Positions 1-10,075 of a stretch of DNA of 32,000 bases are shown piece after piece (positions within the stretch are counted from its first letter, which is position 1; every line of letters starts with the position of its first letter). The notes beneath the pieces are model-generated. The model made no database searches. It saw only the letters and a list, made by a program, of their open reading frames with translations, and was not told where the DNA came from. The position numbers and the translations under genes were made by a program. The stretch comes from Candidatus Poseidoniaceae archaeon (lineage in GTDB: Archaea > Thermoplasmatota > Poseidoniia > Poseidoniales > Poseidoniaceae): positions 360,001-392,000 of the forward strand of contig CALSTM010000002.1 in the NCBI GenBank assembly GCA_943789275.1. Reading direction: 5' to 3'.

Positions 1-1811
1 CCCGCAGCACGTGATTGGGTGAGTTTGTTTAACGGCAAGAAGGTGGCACGGCCTGCCTTGTTTTGTGACAACCATTGGATGGCACGTGCTGCATCTTCAT
101 CGCTGTCAACAACCACGGACGTCATTCCACCACCGACGGCCGTAGCAAGGGCGTCGGTATGTGTGGGGTCTCTTGGTTGACACAGTTCCGCTACCGTACC
201 GATCACGCCGCGTAATTCTCCACGGTCTCGTGCGGCAATAATAGCAGCAGCACCACCAGCCATTCCTTTGGCTCCACTCTTGTTTTCCAATTCGTTCCTG
301 GCAGTATTGAGTCGGCGTTCTGTATCTCGGAGTCGATTTTCAATAGATTGTGATTCTTCAACCAGTTTCGCTTCAGAACGTTGGGCTGTAAACAATTCTT
401 CTGCGAGTTGTTTTCGATTCTGGTCTGGCGCGTCAGCACCGAGTTCTTCACCCGTAAGTTGTGATTCACCTAAAGCAAGACGAGCAGTCTCTGCGGCTTC
501 TTGAGCGGTTGAGATTTGTTCGTCCAACATCTCTGCTTGCGTTGCGACTCGGTTTACTTCCTCTTGAGCGGTGTTGAGGGCAGCAGAAGCTGTTTCAGTG
601 CCTTCAATCGCCTTCGAGAGAGCACGGGACAGTTCAGCGTTTGCCGTACCGGATGATTCAAGCAACCCTTGCACCTCAGATTCTTCTTTCTTAGCTTCTA
701 CAAGTGCTTTCTCAGATTCTTCCAAATCGATTCGCGCATTCGCCAGCCCAAGCTTAAATTCATCCAGTGAATCAATTGCTTTTTGCAGTGATTCTGCTAA
801 TTCAACCAATTCTGCTTTGTCCTCGATGTCTTTTTCTTCAGCCTCATCGATTCGGTCTCCGCTGGTAGCAATCCGAATCTGAAGTTGGTTGATAGCGGCA
901 AGCAAACCGTTCGAATCTCCTCCCATGAGGTCCTCAATTTGCTTCTGCAATACCCCTATTTGGTCTTCCAGCCCGAGTAAAACTTGGGCACCTTGCTTCA
1001 CGTCCGCCTCCATCTGCGCGGCTTCGGACTCAATTCGAGAACGCTCCTCAACCATGTAGGTACGCTCAGAAATCTGACTGGCCAACTTGGATTGGGCAGA
1101 TACGATGCGGGCTGTTTGAAGTTCCTTGACTAGGTCTTGGACCTTGAGTGCGAGGTTCTTCTCCTTGGTCAAATCTCGGAGTCGGACTTTTTGTTCCTCC
1201 TCAAGCAGCCCAATCCGTTCGATATAGCCCTCGACCATTTCCTTTTGTCGCTCTGCCTTTCGTATCTCATCGTCGTATGAAGTGACACCAGCGACGCCAT
1301 CCAGGACCTTACGGCGCTCTTTTGCAGTCATCTTAGCGAGTTTAGTAACGTCGCCTTGCAAGACAATATTGTAGCCGTCCGGACGTGCGTTTGCAGCACC
1401 TAGCAATCTATGGAATGTCTTTTGGCTGCTTTCCTCTCCATCAAGTAAGTAGTTTGTTACAATGTTGTTCGCCTTGGTCAGGCGCACGGCACGGGTCATT
1501 CGAACCTCGTCTTGTTCAAGAGGGAGTCTGCGGCGTCCATTGGTGAGCATTGGGTTCGCAAATACGAGTGTGACTTCGCACGAACGAGCAGGTTTGGAGT
1601 TCTTACCGCCGTTGAAAATAAGATCCTTTGCATTTTGAGCTCGAATCACCTTATTGCTCCTCGGACCAAGAACGAATTGAATGGCATCGCCACAATTCGA
1701 TTTACCTGAACCGTTCGGCCCGGTGATTGCTGTAAATCCTCGATCAAGTGGGACGGTAATTTCACCTTTGAACGATTTGAAGTTTGAAATTTCCAGTGCT
1801 TGAAGATACAT
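1..1811 (-). CDS. smc: SMC chromosome-segregation ATPase, N-terminal ~603 aa (gene continues beyond the window edge)
   Basis: My own minus-strand translation from the ATG (complement of cat 1809-1811) gives MYLQALEISNFKSFKG...ITGPNGSGKSN (Walker A). A long E/L/Q/A-rich coiled coil follows, then a hinge-like GVIGTVAELC...GGGMTSVVVDSDEDAARAIQWL...GRATFLPLNKL. It is absent from the ORF track because it is open at the edge. GGAGG lies ~9 nt upstream of the ATG. Confidence 0.9.
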   Translation of the reverse strand, partial: MYLQALEISNFKSFKGEITVPLDRGFTAITGPNGSGKSNCGDAIQFVLGPRSNKVIRAQNAKDLIFNGGKNSKPARSCEVTLVFANPMLTNGRRRLPLEQDEVRMTRAVRLTKANNIVTNYLLDGEESSQKTFHRLLGAANARPDGYNIVLQGDVTKLAKMTAKERRKVLDGVAGVTSYDDEIRKAERQKEMVEGYIERIGLLEEEQKVRLRDLTKEKNLALKVQDLVKELQTARIVSAQSKLASQISERTYMVEERSRIESEAAQMEADVKQGAQVLLGLEDQIGVLQKQIEDLMGGDSNGLLAAINQLQIRIATSGDRIDEAEEKDIEDKAELVELAESLQKAIDSLDEFKLGLANARIDLEESEKALVEAKKEESEVQGLLESSGTANAELSRALSKAIEGTETASAALNTAQEEVNRVATQAEMLDEQISTAQEAAETARLALGESQLTGEELGADAPDQNRKQLAEELFTAQRSEAKLVEESQSIENRLRDTERRLNTARNELENKSGAKGMAGGAAAIIAARDRGELRGVIGTVAELCQPRDPTHTDALATAVGGGMTSVVVDSDEDAARAIQWLSQNKAGRATFLPLNKLTQSRAA

Positions 1812-1957
1812 CCCTATCCCTCCAATCGAAGTATGTTCCCTCGACCTTATCCGCGACACCCATTCCCCACAGGTCTTAAACAATCCGAGTGATGAAGGGT
1901 CAGTCACGCGCTTTTGACCACGGTTGTTGAACAGCCGAAGAGGTCGTTTGGAGCATC

Positions 1958-1977
1958 AAAAAATGTGATAAAAAGAA
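1958..1977 (-). terminator. Candidate archaeal oligo-T terminator downstream of the 1978..2757 gene
   Basis: On the minus strand the stop codon (1978-1980) is followed by TTCTTTTTATCACATTTTTT, i.e. T5 (1970-1974) and T6 (1958-1963) runs. Archaeal RNAP is known to terminate at oligo-T tracts. Confidence 0.4.
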
Positions 1978-2757
1978 TCACAGTGTTCCGGTTTGGCCGC
2001 ACTCACTGCAGCCGCCACCCTTGCAATATGGACAGGTTGCAAGGACTTTGATACTTTTTGAAGTTGTACGGCGCATGTGAAGCTGTGAATCTTTCTTCAG
2101 TAAATTGGAACGAGCGATTCTTTGAGTGGTCCCGCTACGAGAGCCAAGCGACATTTTGACTGAACCAAAAGTACCCCGGAAAGTGTCTGCAACGTTCCTT
2201 CTCTTGCTCAAACGTTCACGAGCCTGTTCAATCCCCTCTGCTTCCCAGTATTTTGGACCTGCCATCAGGAAAGCCCCAATAACGGCGATGATGCATTGGA
2301 CAATGAAAGGCGAAACGGCGAATGGAAATAACTCGGCCATTCCGGTGGAACTAGCGGCAGTAGGGAGAAAGTTGAGACGGTCGAGAATGGCGATGCTGAA
2401 AAGCACTGCACCCGAAGCGAATAAAACATGATAACTGCGCTGGCTTCTGCGGCCAACACGAGTGAACCCCACACGGCCATAAAGCAAGACAAATAAGCCA
2501 AGACAAAGAAACAGAATATCGATGCCATCCCACATCCCCGTAGCCTGAAGACAATACGATTCATCACCGTTCGCAATTTCCGCCTCAATCGTAGGAATTG
2601 CACAATGCGGCTCAAACATTCGGGTAATGACCATTTTCGAATCGGGGGCACCTTCGATGAAATAAGGTGCCATTTTACCCATTCCAGCATTCCCTATCGA
2701 AAAACCAACCAGCGAAGTCCCAAAGAGGATACCGATGATGTCACGGATGCTCGCCAT
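1978..2757 (-). CDS. Polytopic membrane protein with a C-terminal DnaJ-type CxxCxGxG zinc knuckle; function unknown
   Basis: ORF 1978..2835. I prefer the ATG at 2757 (MASIRDIIGILFGTSLVGF...) because the GTG-extended form would overlap divergent nadB. About 4 hydrophobic segments are followed by a basic tail ending ATCPYCKGGGCSECGQTGTL. Confidence 0.6.
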   Translation of the reverse strand: MASIRDIIGILFGTSLVGFSIGNAGMGKMAPYFIEGAPDSKMVITRMFEPHCAIPTIEAEIANGDESYCLQATGMWDGIDILFLCLGLFVLLYGRVGFTRVGRRSQRSYHVLFASGAVLFSIAILDRLNFLPTAASSTGMAELFPFAVSPFIVQCIIAVIGAFLMAGPKYWEAEGIEQARERLSKRRNVADTFRGTFGSVKMSLGSRSGTTQRIARSNLLKKDSQLHMRRTTSKSIKVLATCPYCKGGGCSECGQTGTL

Positions 2758-2847
2758 AGCACCTGTAGAACAGGACCGAACATAGCCGTTTCGCTGCCGA
2801 TGGGGTGAAATGTGGCAGCATGTACCCCACACCACGGAGGGCCCACT

Positions 2848-4479
2848 ATGGCGAAGATAGTCATCATCGGAAGCGGAATTGCTGGCCTTTTTGCGGCTTT
2901 ACGATTGGCCGATGCCAAACATACAGTGACCGTCATAACCAAACAACGCCCCATCGATTCATCGACCAATTGGGCCCAAGGTGGAATTGCTGCCATTCTC
3001 GACAAAACCGATGGTGCTGGCTTAGAATCTCACATCCATGACACGCTTGCCAGTGGAGACGGTTTGTGCAACGAACGCATCGTTCGAAAAGTCATCGAAG
3101 AATCGGGTGAACGTATCCACGACTTGCTCAACATCGGAGTACGGTTTGAAACCGATGAAAACGGAGGGTTCCACTATGCAAAGGAAGGAGGACATTCTGA
3201 ACGCCGAATCCTCCATGCGAAAGATGCGACCGGAAAAGAAATTGAGCGAGCATTGAACGATGCAGCAAGTTCCCATCCCAACATCATCCTCAAACCAAAT
3301 ACCCTGGCAATGGATTTGATTCAAAGGGAACATCAGAATCCAGAGAAGGGGATTGCAGGCGTATGGTGCTTAGACCAAGAGCGGAACTCAGTCTTCACTG
3401 AACCTGCCGACATACTGATGCTTGCCACCGGCGGAGTGGGCCAACTCTGGTCGCAAACGACCAACCCGCCGGTCGCCACAGGAGACGGTTTGGCAATGGC
3501 ATACAGAGCAGGCGCTGCGGTCAAAGACATGGCGTTCATCCAATTCCATCCGACGGCTTTAGCCGTTCAATCGGACCGACCTTTCCTCATCACTGAAGCC
3601 GTACGAGGCGAGGGTGGCGTCATTTTGGATGAAGAAGGGTTGCGGTCATGGCAATCCGATGTTGAAACAACAAACGGTGAGAACACGCCGCTGTTGCCTC
3701 ACGCCTACTCTTTCACGCTCAACCACTCGCCTTTGGGTTCCATGGCAACACGAGACATTGTAGCTCGAGCGATTGACCAACGGCTAAAAGAAACGGGGGG
3801 AAATCATGTCTACTTGGTGACGTCCCACATGAATCAAGAGCATTTGGAGGATCATTTTCCCACGATTCAAAAACGACTCAACAGACATGGTTTGAAGTTG
3901 GGAAGAGACCCTTTACCGGTATCTCCAGCGGCACATTACATCGTTGGAGGGCTTGCAGTCGATGAATACGGGCGCCCTCACAGCAGAGAGACTGGAAACC
4001 CATTGCCCTCTTTGTATGCAATAGGCGAAGTCGCTTGCACGGGGATGCATGGTGCGAACCGGTTAGCGTCAAACAGCCTTCTTGAAGCAGTAGTTTACGC
4101 AGCTCGAGCGGCGAATCACATCATTGATTCCGAGCCAGAAAGTAACGATACGCCGTTACCAGAATGGCGTGCAGACGGTCTTGAAGTTCTTACTGAACAC
4201 GTATCAGTGGCAAACGATCGAGAGGCTTTGACAAACACGATGTCAAGAGAAGTGGGCATCGTTCGGAGGTTTAACCGACTTCACAGGGCCAAACGCCGAT
4301 TGCAACTACTCTCTAAAGAAGTGGATTTTATTTGGAGAAGTGCATTACCATCACGGGAAATCGTCGAATTACGCAACCTTATCCTCGTTGGACAATTGGT
4401 AACCGAAGATTCACTTGGACGAAAAGAAAACCGAGGACTTCATTTCAATACAGACCTCATTGGGCATGAAGGGCAGTAA
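2848..4479 (+). CDS. nadB: L-aspartate oxidase (NAD de novo synthesis, FAD-dependent)
   Basis: MAKIVIIGSGIAGLFAALRLA is a GxGxxG FAD fold. WAQGGIAA, HYIVGGL and the GEVACTGMHGANRLASNSLLE signature are typical of the NadB/succinate dehydrogenase flavoprotein family at NadB length. GGAGG lies 7 nt upstream of ATG 2848; the track start at 2812 is a GTG extension. Confidence 0.9.
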   Translation: MAKIVIIGSGIAGLFAALRLADAKHTVTVITKQRPIDSSTNWAQGGIAAILDKTDGAGLESHIHDTLASGDGLCNERIVRKVIEESGERIHDLLNIGVRFETDENGGFHYAKEGGHSERRILHAKDATGKEIERALNDAASSHPNIILKPNTLAMDLIQREHQNPEKGIAGVWCLDQERNSVFTEPADILMLATGGVGQLWSQTTNPPVATGDGLAMAYRAGAAVKDMAFIQFHPTALAVQSDRPFLITEAVRGEGGVILDEEGLRSWQSDVETTNGENTPLLPHAYSFTLNHSPLGSMATRDIVARAIDQRLKETGGNHVYLVTSHMNQEHLEDHFPTIQKRLNRHGLKLGRDPLPVSPAAHYIVGGLAVDEYGRPHSRETGNPLPSLYAIGEVACTGMHGANRLASNSLLEAVVYAARAANHIIDSEPESNDTPLPEWRADGLEVLTEHVSVANDREALTNTMSREVGIVRRFNRLHRAKRRLQLLSKEVDFIWRSALPSREIVELRNLILVGQLVTEDSLGRKENRGLHFNTDLIGHEGQ

Positions 4480-5392
4480 TCATAGCCACCAACATCTGAT
4501 TCAACGGGGTTGCAAGACCTGCTCGCTCTCCGCGTTCAACGATGGCTTGATTCAGTACAGAAATCTCTGTCTTACGACCGTTCCGCAGGTCCTGTAACAT
4601 ACTGCACATGTTGCTTGAAGTTGCCAGAAGTACTTGGCGAAGTTGCTCTTCTAATTCGGCGTCTGATGGAAGTACCACTCGTTCTTGACGGGCCACTGAA
4701 GCACCTTCAAGCATGGTCGAAAAGGCTGATGAGAAGAGGTCTGGCCGTAGTAATTCTCCGTTTTCGACTCCGGCTAACGCAGCTATTGGATTGATTGCAA
4801 TATTGAGTAAAACCTTCCGCCAAACGGAGGCAACACCATCCGATGACCACCTCGGAGACAGGCCAGCCTGCTCGAAAACATCCAGTAGAGGTTGAGCCTC
4901 GGATTGACCTGGACCACCTGGAAGGGCCCCAATCACAGTTTCACCCCTTCCAGCCCAGTGGACAGTTCCTGCAGATGGCCTCCAAGCACCGTGGGTGGAA
5001 GTCGCTGCAAATACACGGTGAGGACCAAGTGAATCTTGACATTTCTCAGCGTGTCCAAGTCCATTACTCAAACACAAAGCATAACCATCTGCCGTGAGAA
5101 GTTGTCGGGCAAGAGAGGCTAGAAATGGTGTCTGATCTGCCTTCCCAGTCAGGATCACATAGTCCATTGTACCTCTTGCAACGGGTGGCAGTCCGACTTC
5201 GTCGAGTGAAAAAAAGACATCTCCATTCGAAACAAAACCTTCCGATTCACCCACCAGACGAAGCCCTTCAGCCGCCATGTGAGCGCCATGTGAACCCCTT
5301 CCATGAACCAAAAGTTCGATGCTCTTAATGCGGGAGAGCAGTGCTGCGTAAAGGGAGCCAAGCGAACCTGACCCTAAAATAGCGACTCGCAT
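4457..5392 (-). CDS. panE: 2-dehydropantoate 2-reductase (ketopantoate reductase, ApbA/PanE family)
   Basis: MRVAILGSGSLGSLYAALL is a Rossmann N-terminus. Also present: LSNGLGH, WRKVLLNIAINPIAAL, and SSNMCSMLQDLRNGRKTEISVLNQAIV (PanE C-terminal signature). It overlaps nadB convergently by 23 bp. Confidence 0.8.
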   Translation of the reverse strand: MRVAILGSGSLGSLYAALLSRIKSIELLVHGRGSHGAHMAAEGLRLVGESEGFVSNGDVFFSLDEVGLPPVARGTMDYVILTGKADQTPFLASLARQLLTADGYALCLSNGLGHAEKCQDSLGPHRVFAATSTHGAWRPSAGTVHWAGRGETVIGALPGGPGQSEAQPLLDVFEQAGLSPRWSSDGVASVWRKVLLNIAINPIAALAGVENGELLRPDLFSSAFSTMLEGASVARQERVVLPSDAELEEQLRQVLLATSSNMCSMLQDLRNGRKTEISVLNQAIVERGERAGLATPLNQMLVAMITALHAQ

Positions 5393-5401
5393 GACAAGAC
5401 C

Positions 5402-7954
5402 TCAGACATAACTCGCCAAATGAATGACAATCGATTCGTCTTGATGTTCAAACCAGAGCGTCGAAAGGGTTGAATCAGACGGTGCAAACTCAAACGAGTT
5501 CCACCCGTTTGAAAGCGAACTTACGGAACGAACGGTCGTCCACTGTTCTCCGTTACCTTGGTAATTTATTTGAACAGGTATGGTTTGGTTGCTTGAACTA
5601 TAGAATGAAAAGTTGGCGCCTTCGGATTGTAAAAGAGTGCCGTTGTAAGCTGCCATCCACATGTTCGACCACATTCGGTGAGAGGTGTTGTATCTTTGGA
5701 AAATCAATTCAGGCCCTTCTTCGACAGTAAAGTTGAATTTAGCCTCGACCGATAAATGAGGAGAGCAGACGTGCATGCTTGCGCCATCTGACATCCGTAC
5801 AGTAAGCGAACGATTCTCATCTTGAACAGCCGGGATGTTCGAAATCTTCCTCACGTCCAAATCCCAAATCCATTCCCCTACTGTCGGCGTTGAAGGGATC
5901 GAAAGAGCAGGATTCAAAGGGCAAGGGGCATCAATTGAACTGAGAATACCACTGGAATTCAGTTCAAAGCCCCAGCCAAGTTCAGCATCGCTGCTGATGT
6001 TCCAGCCATGAGAAGGTACGACTGCAATCAGTGGCAGTTCTGGCATTCCACCATCAAACAATTCGTTGTTCAATTGTATTGTATTGAGTTCGGATGTTCG
6101 AAGGACAACTGGGTCTAAGCCTCTCAAACAGAGTTGTTCAGGGGCAGACTCGTATTGGGCTTCAAGGTTATTTTGACCTTCGATCCATTGCAAACGTGAT
6201 TGGATGTCTAACGATTGGTCAGCATAGGGAAAGCTCACATTGAGTGGTTCCTCGGAGAACGAAATAAAGGACATACATCGCTTAAGTTCACCTTCGGAGA
6301 GAACCATTTCCCATGACGAATCAGGATAAAAGGAAAGGTCAGGATGTACGGAAATAGGATGACTGCCGTAATCATCGTCGGCTAATGTAAGAAGGGAGAA
6401 ATTGGTAAGTGAGGGTGAGTGCTCTAAATCGGTCCAAGTCAAGTTGAGAACAACGGTTGTTTGAGTCCGAGGAGGTAAAACACTTCCACAGCCAAAGCCA
6501 TTGATTGTCTCCTCATCTTCTCCATCGCATTCCCATACCTTTGCCCAGTTCTCAAGCCCTTCCGCAAACTGGTCATAATCTACCGCCCAATCCTTGTTCA
6601 CTGATGACGGATTGACAACGTGAAGGGAAATCTTTGCATTCCATCGCTCATCGACCTTTTCAGCGCCGAAAACTGTTTCCAATTCAAACATGACATCAGC
6701 ATTCCAGTCGTCGTCTCTTTCAAACGGAACTTGGCTTGGAAGAGCGAACAATATAGCCACGAGCATTACAATCCCAATGTTTTTCATCGCCGACAAATCG
6801 AGACCTTTCGGTTCATTGAGAAGGACCGGAGAAGAGCGGTCTGCACCCATGAACAGCAACAAAGGCAGAATGAGCGTCAGGACAAGAATCCAAATTGTGA
6901 AACCGTTAAACGCCTCAAACATCCAAGCAAAAGCGAGAATAAGGAAAAACAAAAACATTTGATTCGAGCTGCTTCGAGCCTCCATGTGCCCGGAACGAGC
7001 AACCATAATCCGACCACCAGGGAACGTTGGAATAGGGAGTAATGAAATCCAACCGAAGAAAGTGAGCAAAGCACCAGCCTTGACAAACGGATGCGACCAA
7101 ATGAGCCGTGTGAGGTAATCATCAAGCAACCACTGACCTAGAATTTCGATGAGGAACGGCCCTTGTGGCACATTCTGAGCCTGCGTAATTGCCACGTAAT
7201 CAGGCGTCAGCCACAAGCCGATTCCCCAAAGTGCAAGACCAAAGGTAATCAGCGCAGCAGGTACAGAAATGGCGACCCAACCCAACACCTTGCGGTCCTC
7301 CCAAAGTCGAGCATCCATTCGAGGCAGTGTAGGAATGAGGAAGAGACCAAAAGGCCAAATCAGTGCAGTTTGCGAAAATAAGCCAAGGCTCCACAACGAA
7401 ATCGTTGGTTCAGGAAGAGGTGTAATATGCCCAACGCGATGGTTGAAATGAGACGCTGTACGCTTTTGAATGAGGGAGGCAAGGAATAAGCTGCCGAGCA
7501 CAGGGAGTGTATATCCAACAACAACATCCCAAAAAGACGACTGCAAAAACCAGCCACCTTCGGGTCGCGAGCCTTCCATCCAATACGCACCTGCAAGAGT
7601 CAGCGTGAGTGCAGAAACCGACCACATGATGAGAGTCAGACGAGAAGAAGGGAAAGGTCGTTCAGGAAGCGGAATCATTTGAATAATCCATTCATCGGTA
7701 CGTGAAAGTTTAGCAGCCCACCCGAGTTTTTTGAGGTATTTATTCGCTTCAGCAAGCGATTTGTCGATGTCTTTTCCATCTTTAGGAGAAACAACCCATG
7801 TCGGTAAGAAGCCACCCGACATATGCGAAGCAACGTAGAAATACCGACGCAAAATTGCAGCGAGAAGATCGTGTTGTTTCCAATCTTTACGGTGGCTGAC
7901 CATCGATTCAAGTGCTGAATCTTTAGCAGTCAAGTCTTCCGTATCACTTGGCAT
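5402..7954 (-). CDS. Site-2-protease (peptidase M50)-like polytopic membrane protein lacking catalytic motifs, with a ~440-aa extracellular C-terminal domain
   Basis: 850 aa, with GAGGAG 5 nt upstream of the ATG. The N-terminal soluble segment plus multi-TM core resembles archaeal M50 proteins (SLLPIPTFPGGRIM versus the canonical NLLPxxPLDGG). There is no HExxH anywhere; the equivalent region reads LIQKRTASHFNHRVGH. The C-terminal half is non-hydrophobic with about 11 NxS/T sequons. Confidence 0.6.
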   Translation of the reverse strand: MPSDTEDLTAKDSALESMVSHRKDWKQHDLLAAILRRYFYVASHMSGGFLPTWVVSPKDGKDIDKSLAEANKYLKKLGWAAKLSRTDEWIIQMIPLPERPFPSSRLTLIMWSVSALTLTLAGAYWMEGSRPEGGWFLQSSFWDVVVGYTLPVLGSLFLASLIQKRTASHFNHRVGHITPLPEPTISLWSLGLFSQTALIWPFGLFLIPTLPRMDARLWEDRKVLGWVAISVPAALITFGLALWGIGLWLTPDYVAITQAQNVPQGPFLIEILGQWLLDDYLTRLIWSHPFVKAGALLTFFGWISLLPIPTFPGGRIMVARSGHMEARSSSNQMFLFFLILAFAWMFEAFNGFTIWILVLTLILPLLLFMGADRSSPVLLNEPKGLDLSAMKNIGIVMLVAILFALPSQVPFERDDDWNADVMFELETVFGAEKVDERWNAKISLHVVNPSSVNKDWAVDYDQFAEGLENWAKVWECDGEDEETINGFGCGSVLPPRTQTTVVLNLTWTDLEHSPSLTNFSLLTLADDDYGSHPISVHPDLSFYPDSSWEMVLSEGELKRCMSFISFSEEPLNVSFPYADQSLDIQSRLQWIEGQNNLEAQYESAPEQLCLRGLDPVVLRTSELNTIQLNNELFDGGMPELPLIAVVPSHGWNISSDAELGWGFELNSSGILSSIDAPCPLNPALSIPSTPTVGEWIWDLDVRKISNIPAVQDENRSLTVRMSDGASMHVCSPHLSVEAKFNFTVEEGPELIFQRYNTSHRMWSNMWMAAYNGTLLQSEGANFSFYSSSNQTIPVQINYQGNGEQWTTVRSVSSLSNGWNSFEFAPSDSTLSTLWFEHQDESIVIHLASYV

Positions 7955-8022
7955 ACTTTCTCCTCAACCCTTTGTAATCCTGCTTCCCCTTTGAAGGAAT
8001 CCCTCAGCCTGCTCGGCACGAG

Positions 8023-8028
8023 AAAAAA
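8023..8028 (-). terminator. Oligo-T tract immediately after the atpD stop (possible end of the atp operon)
   Basis: The minus strand reads TGA TTTTTT directly after the last atp gene. The next gene starts 74 nt further on with its own SD. Confidence 0.35.
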
Positions 8029-8652
8029 TCACTTGTTCTTGAAACGCTTGAGACGGAAGGTTTCTTCGCGTTCCATCTCTTCAAGTCGCAGTTGGATAAA
8101 CACCCGTGCTTCTTCCAATTCTGGAATAACTTTGTACTCCAAAGCATTGACACGTCGCTTGGTTGCTTCAATCTCTTGCAAAAGGCGCTTTAGTGTAGCT
8201 TCCATTTCAGATGCCTTGACAATCTTCTCAATGAGATTGCCAAATGACTCGCCGGCCTCATCGATGTATGGGGACGAACCGATAAATCCGACACCACGTT
8301 CTTTGAATGTAGATTTGAGGTTCGTTCCGCTGACGCTTGGGACGACGACACCCATAATGTTGCGTCGCTCAACTTCAACTTCGGGATGGCCGGTGTTTGC
8401 AATGGCTGCTGCACGCACAGCAAGACCACCTTCGATTGCGTTTGCAAGGTCGATACGTTGCTTAGCCATACGGTAGGTTGCGGTCAAGTCGCGCTTAGCT
8501 TCAATCATGTCGGAGAGCAATGAACGGAATTCGTGAAACAAACCGTCTCTCTTCATTTTCAGCAATTTGTAACCGTTCTTGGTTTGCTTAATCCGACCTT
8601 TGAGTTTAATCAACTCGCTTCGGGTTGGTTTGATATCGAGTGCCATGTTCAT
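8029..8652 (-). CDS. atpD: A-type ATP synthase subunit D (central stalk)
   Basis: MNMALDIKPTRSELIKLKGRIKQTKNGYKLLKMKRDGL... has a typical AtpD/NtpD N-terminus and coiled-coil ends. It is the last gene of the HIKECFABD order. Confidence 0.92.
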   Translation of the reverse strand: MNMALDIKPTRSELIKLKGRIKQTKNGYKLLKMKRDGLFHEFRSLLSDMIEAKRDLTATYRMAKQRIDLANAIEGGLAVRAAAIANTGHPEVEVERRNIMGVVVPSVSGTNLKSTFKERGVGFIGSSPYIDEAGESFGNLIEKIVKASEMEATLKRLLQEIEATKRRVNALEYKVIPELEEARVFIQLRLEEMEREETFRLKRFKNK

Positions 8653-8682
8653 TCACCTCCTTTTCAGTTGTAACGAAGTTGT

Positions 8683-10062
8683 TCAAGCTCGGTTGTCAGG
8701 ATGGTACTTGTCAATCCACTTCTGGTCAAGACGGACCAGGTACTTTGTATCGATTGCAGACATGAGATTCCAGCACAAATCGAGTGTTTCTTCAATGGAA
8801 CGGTCTTCATCACGGGTTTGGCGAAGGAACTTGTCTTCAAACACTCCGGAGAAGTCGAGCAATTGCTTGTCTCGCTCGTTCAATGCATCTTCACCGACAA
8901 TGGCGACAAGTCCACGAAGTTCGCGACCTTGTGCGTATGCAGCATACATTTGGTCCGAAACAGACTTGTGATCTTCACGAGTGGTCTTTTCACCAATACA
9001 TGAACCCATCAATCGTGAAAGAGACGGTAGAACATTGATTGGCGGATAGATACCCTGTTGGTGCAATTCACGTGAAATAACGATTTGTCCTTCAGTAATG
9101 TATCCAGACAAGTCAGGAATTGGGTGCGTGATATCGTCACCAGGCATGGTAAGAATCGGGAATTGAGTGATTGAACCCTTCTTGTTCTTGATAATTCCAG
9201 CACGTTCGTAGAGCATAGCCAAATCGGTATACATGTAACCGGGATATCCACGTCGTCCTGGAACTTCTTCACGAGCAGCACCAATTTGACGAAGAGCGTC
9301 ACAGTAGTTGGTCATGTCCGTGTAGATAACCAGAACGTGGTAATCTTTCTCGAAGGCAAGGTATTCTGCAGCGGTCAAAGCAAGACGAGGCGTAATGATA
9401 CGCTCGACAGCCGGGTCGTCAGCAAGGTTAACGAACAGAACCGCATTTTCGAGAGCACCTGTTCGCTCCAAATCGGAACGGAAGAAATTGTATTCTTCAG
9501 CGGTGATACCCATAGCACAAAAGACAACAATAAATTCTTCATCGGAATCCTTGAGCTTTGCTTGACGAGCAATTTGCAGTGCAATATCGTTGTGCGGTAG
9601 ACCGGATGCAGAGAAAATCGGCAACTTCTGTCCACGAACAAGACTTGTACAAAGGTCAATTGCAGAGACACCAGTTTGGATGAAATCGTTTGGACTCTGT
9701 CGGCTGTATGGGTTAATTGCAGCACCAATGATGTCTGCCTTTTCTTCAGCAACAATCTCTGGTCCGCCGTCACGAGGACGGCCTGCACCGTCGAGAATTC
9801 GACCGACGAGATCGGTGCTTACAGGGAGTTTGAAAACATCTCCCATGAAAGTTACACCGGATTCTCGGTCAATCTTGGAGGTTCCTTCGAAAACTTGGAC
9901 AATCACAAGGTCATCCGAGGTGTCGAGAACTTGTCCGTTCTTGATGGTTCCATTGGAGAGTCGTAGGGTAACGATTTCACCAAATGCTACGGGTTCTGTT
10001 TTGTTCAAAAAGACCAGAGGTCCTTTCACGTCAGTAATGGTTCGGTATTCTTTTCCAGTCAT
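8683..10062 (-). CDS. atpB: A-type ATP synthase subunit B (non-catalytic)
   Basis: [19 protein letters not shown]..., [44 protein letters not shown] chose the ATG at 10062 (GAGGAGAGG upstream) rather than the track start at 10107, which would overlap atpA. Confidence 0.95.
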   Translation of the reverse strand: MTGKEYRTITDVKGPLVFLNKTEPVAFGEIVTLRLSNGTIKNGQVLDTSDDLVIVQVFEGTSKIDRESGVTFMGDVFKLPVSTDLVGRILDGAGRPRDGGPEIVAEEKADIIGAAINPYSRQSPNDFIQTGVSAIDLCTSLVRGQKLPIFSASGLPHNDIALQIARQAKLKDSDEEFIVVFCAMGITAEEYNFFRSDLERTGALENAVLFVNLADDPAVERIITPRLALTAAEYLAFEKDYHVLVIYTDMTNYCDALRQIGAAREEVPGRRGYPGYMYTDLAMLYERAGIIKNKKGSITQFPILTMPGDDITHPIPDLSGYITEGQIVISRELHQQGIYPPINVLPSLSRLMGSCIGEKTTREDHKSVSDQMYAAYAQGRELRGLVAIVGEDALNERDKQLLDFSGVFEDKFLRQTRDEDRSIEETLDLCWNLMSAIDTKYLVRLDQKWIDKYHPDNRA

Positions 10063-10075
10063 GATATTCCTCTCC

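Noticed and set aside
268-882. Plus-strand Ser-rich ORFs (268..504, 571..882) and the 203..469 minus-strand ORF
   Set aside because: They lie inside the SMC coiled-coil region, which is continuously open on the minus strand from 1811 to the window edge. Antisense of GAR/GCN codons gives Ser-rich artefacts.
2758-2847. GTG-extended starts for nadB (2812) and for the divergent membrane protein (2835)
   Set aside because: The two extensions would overlap each other head-to-head. ATG 2848 has a GGAGG SD and begins exactly at the FAD-binding fold. ATG 2757 begins at the first TM helix.
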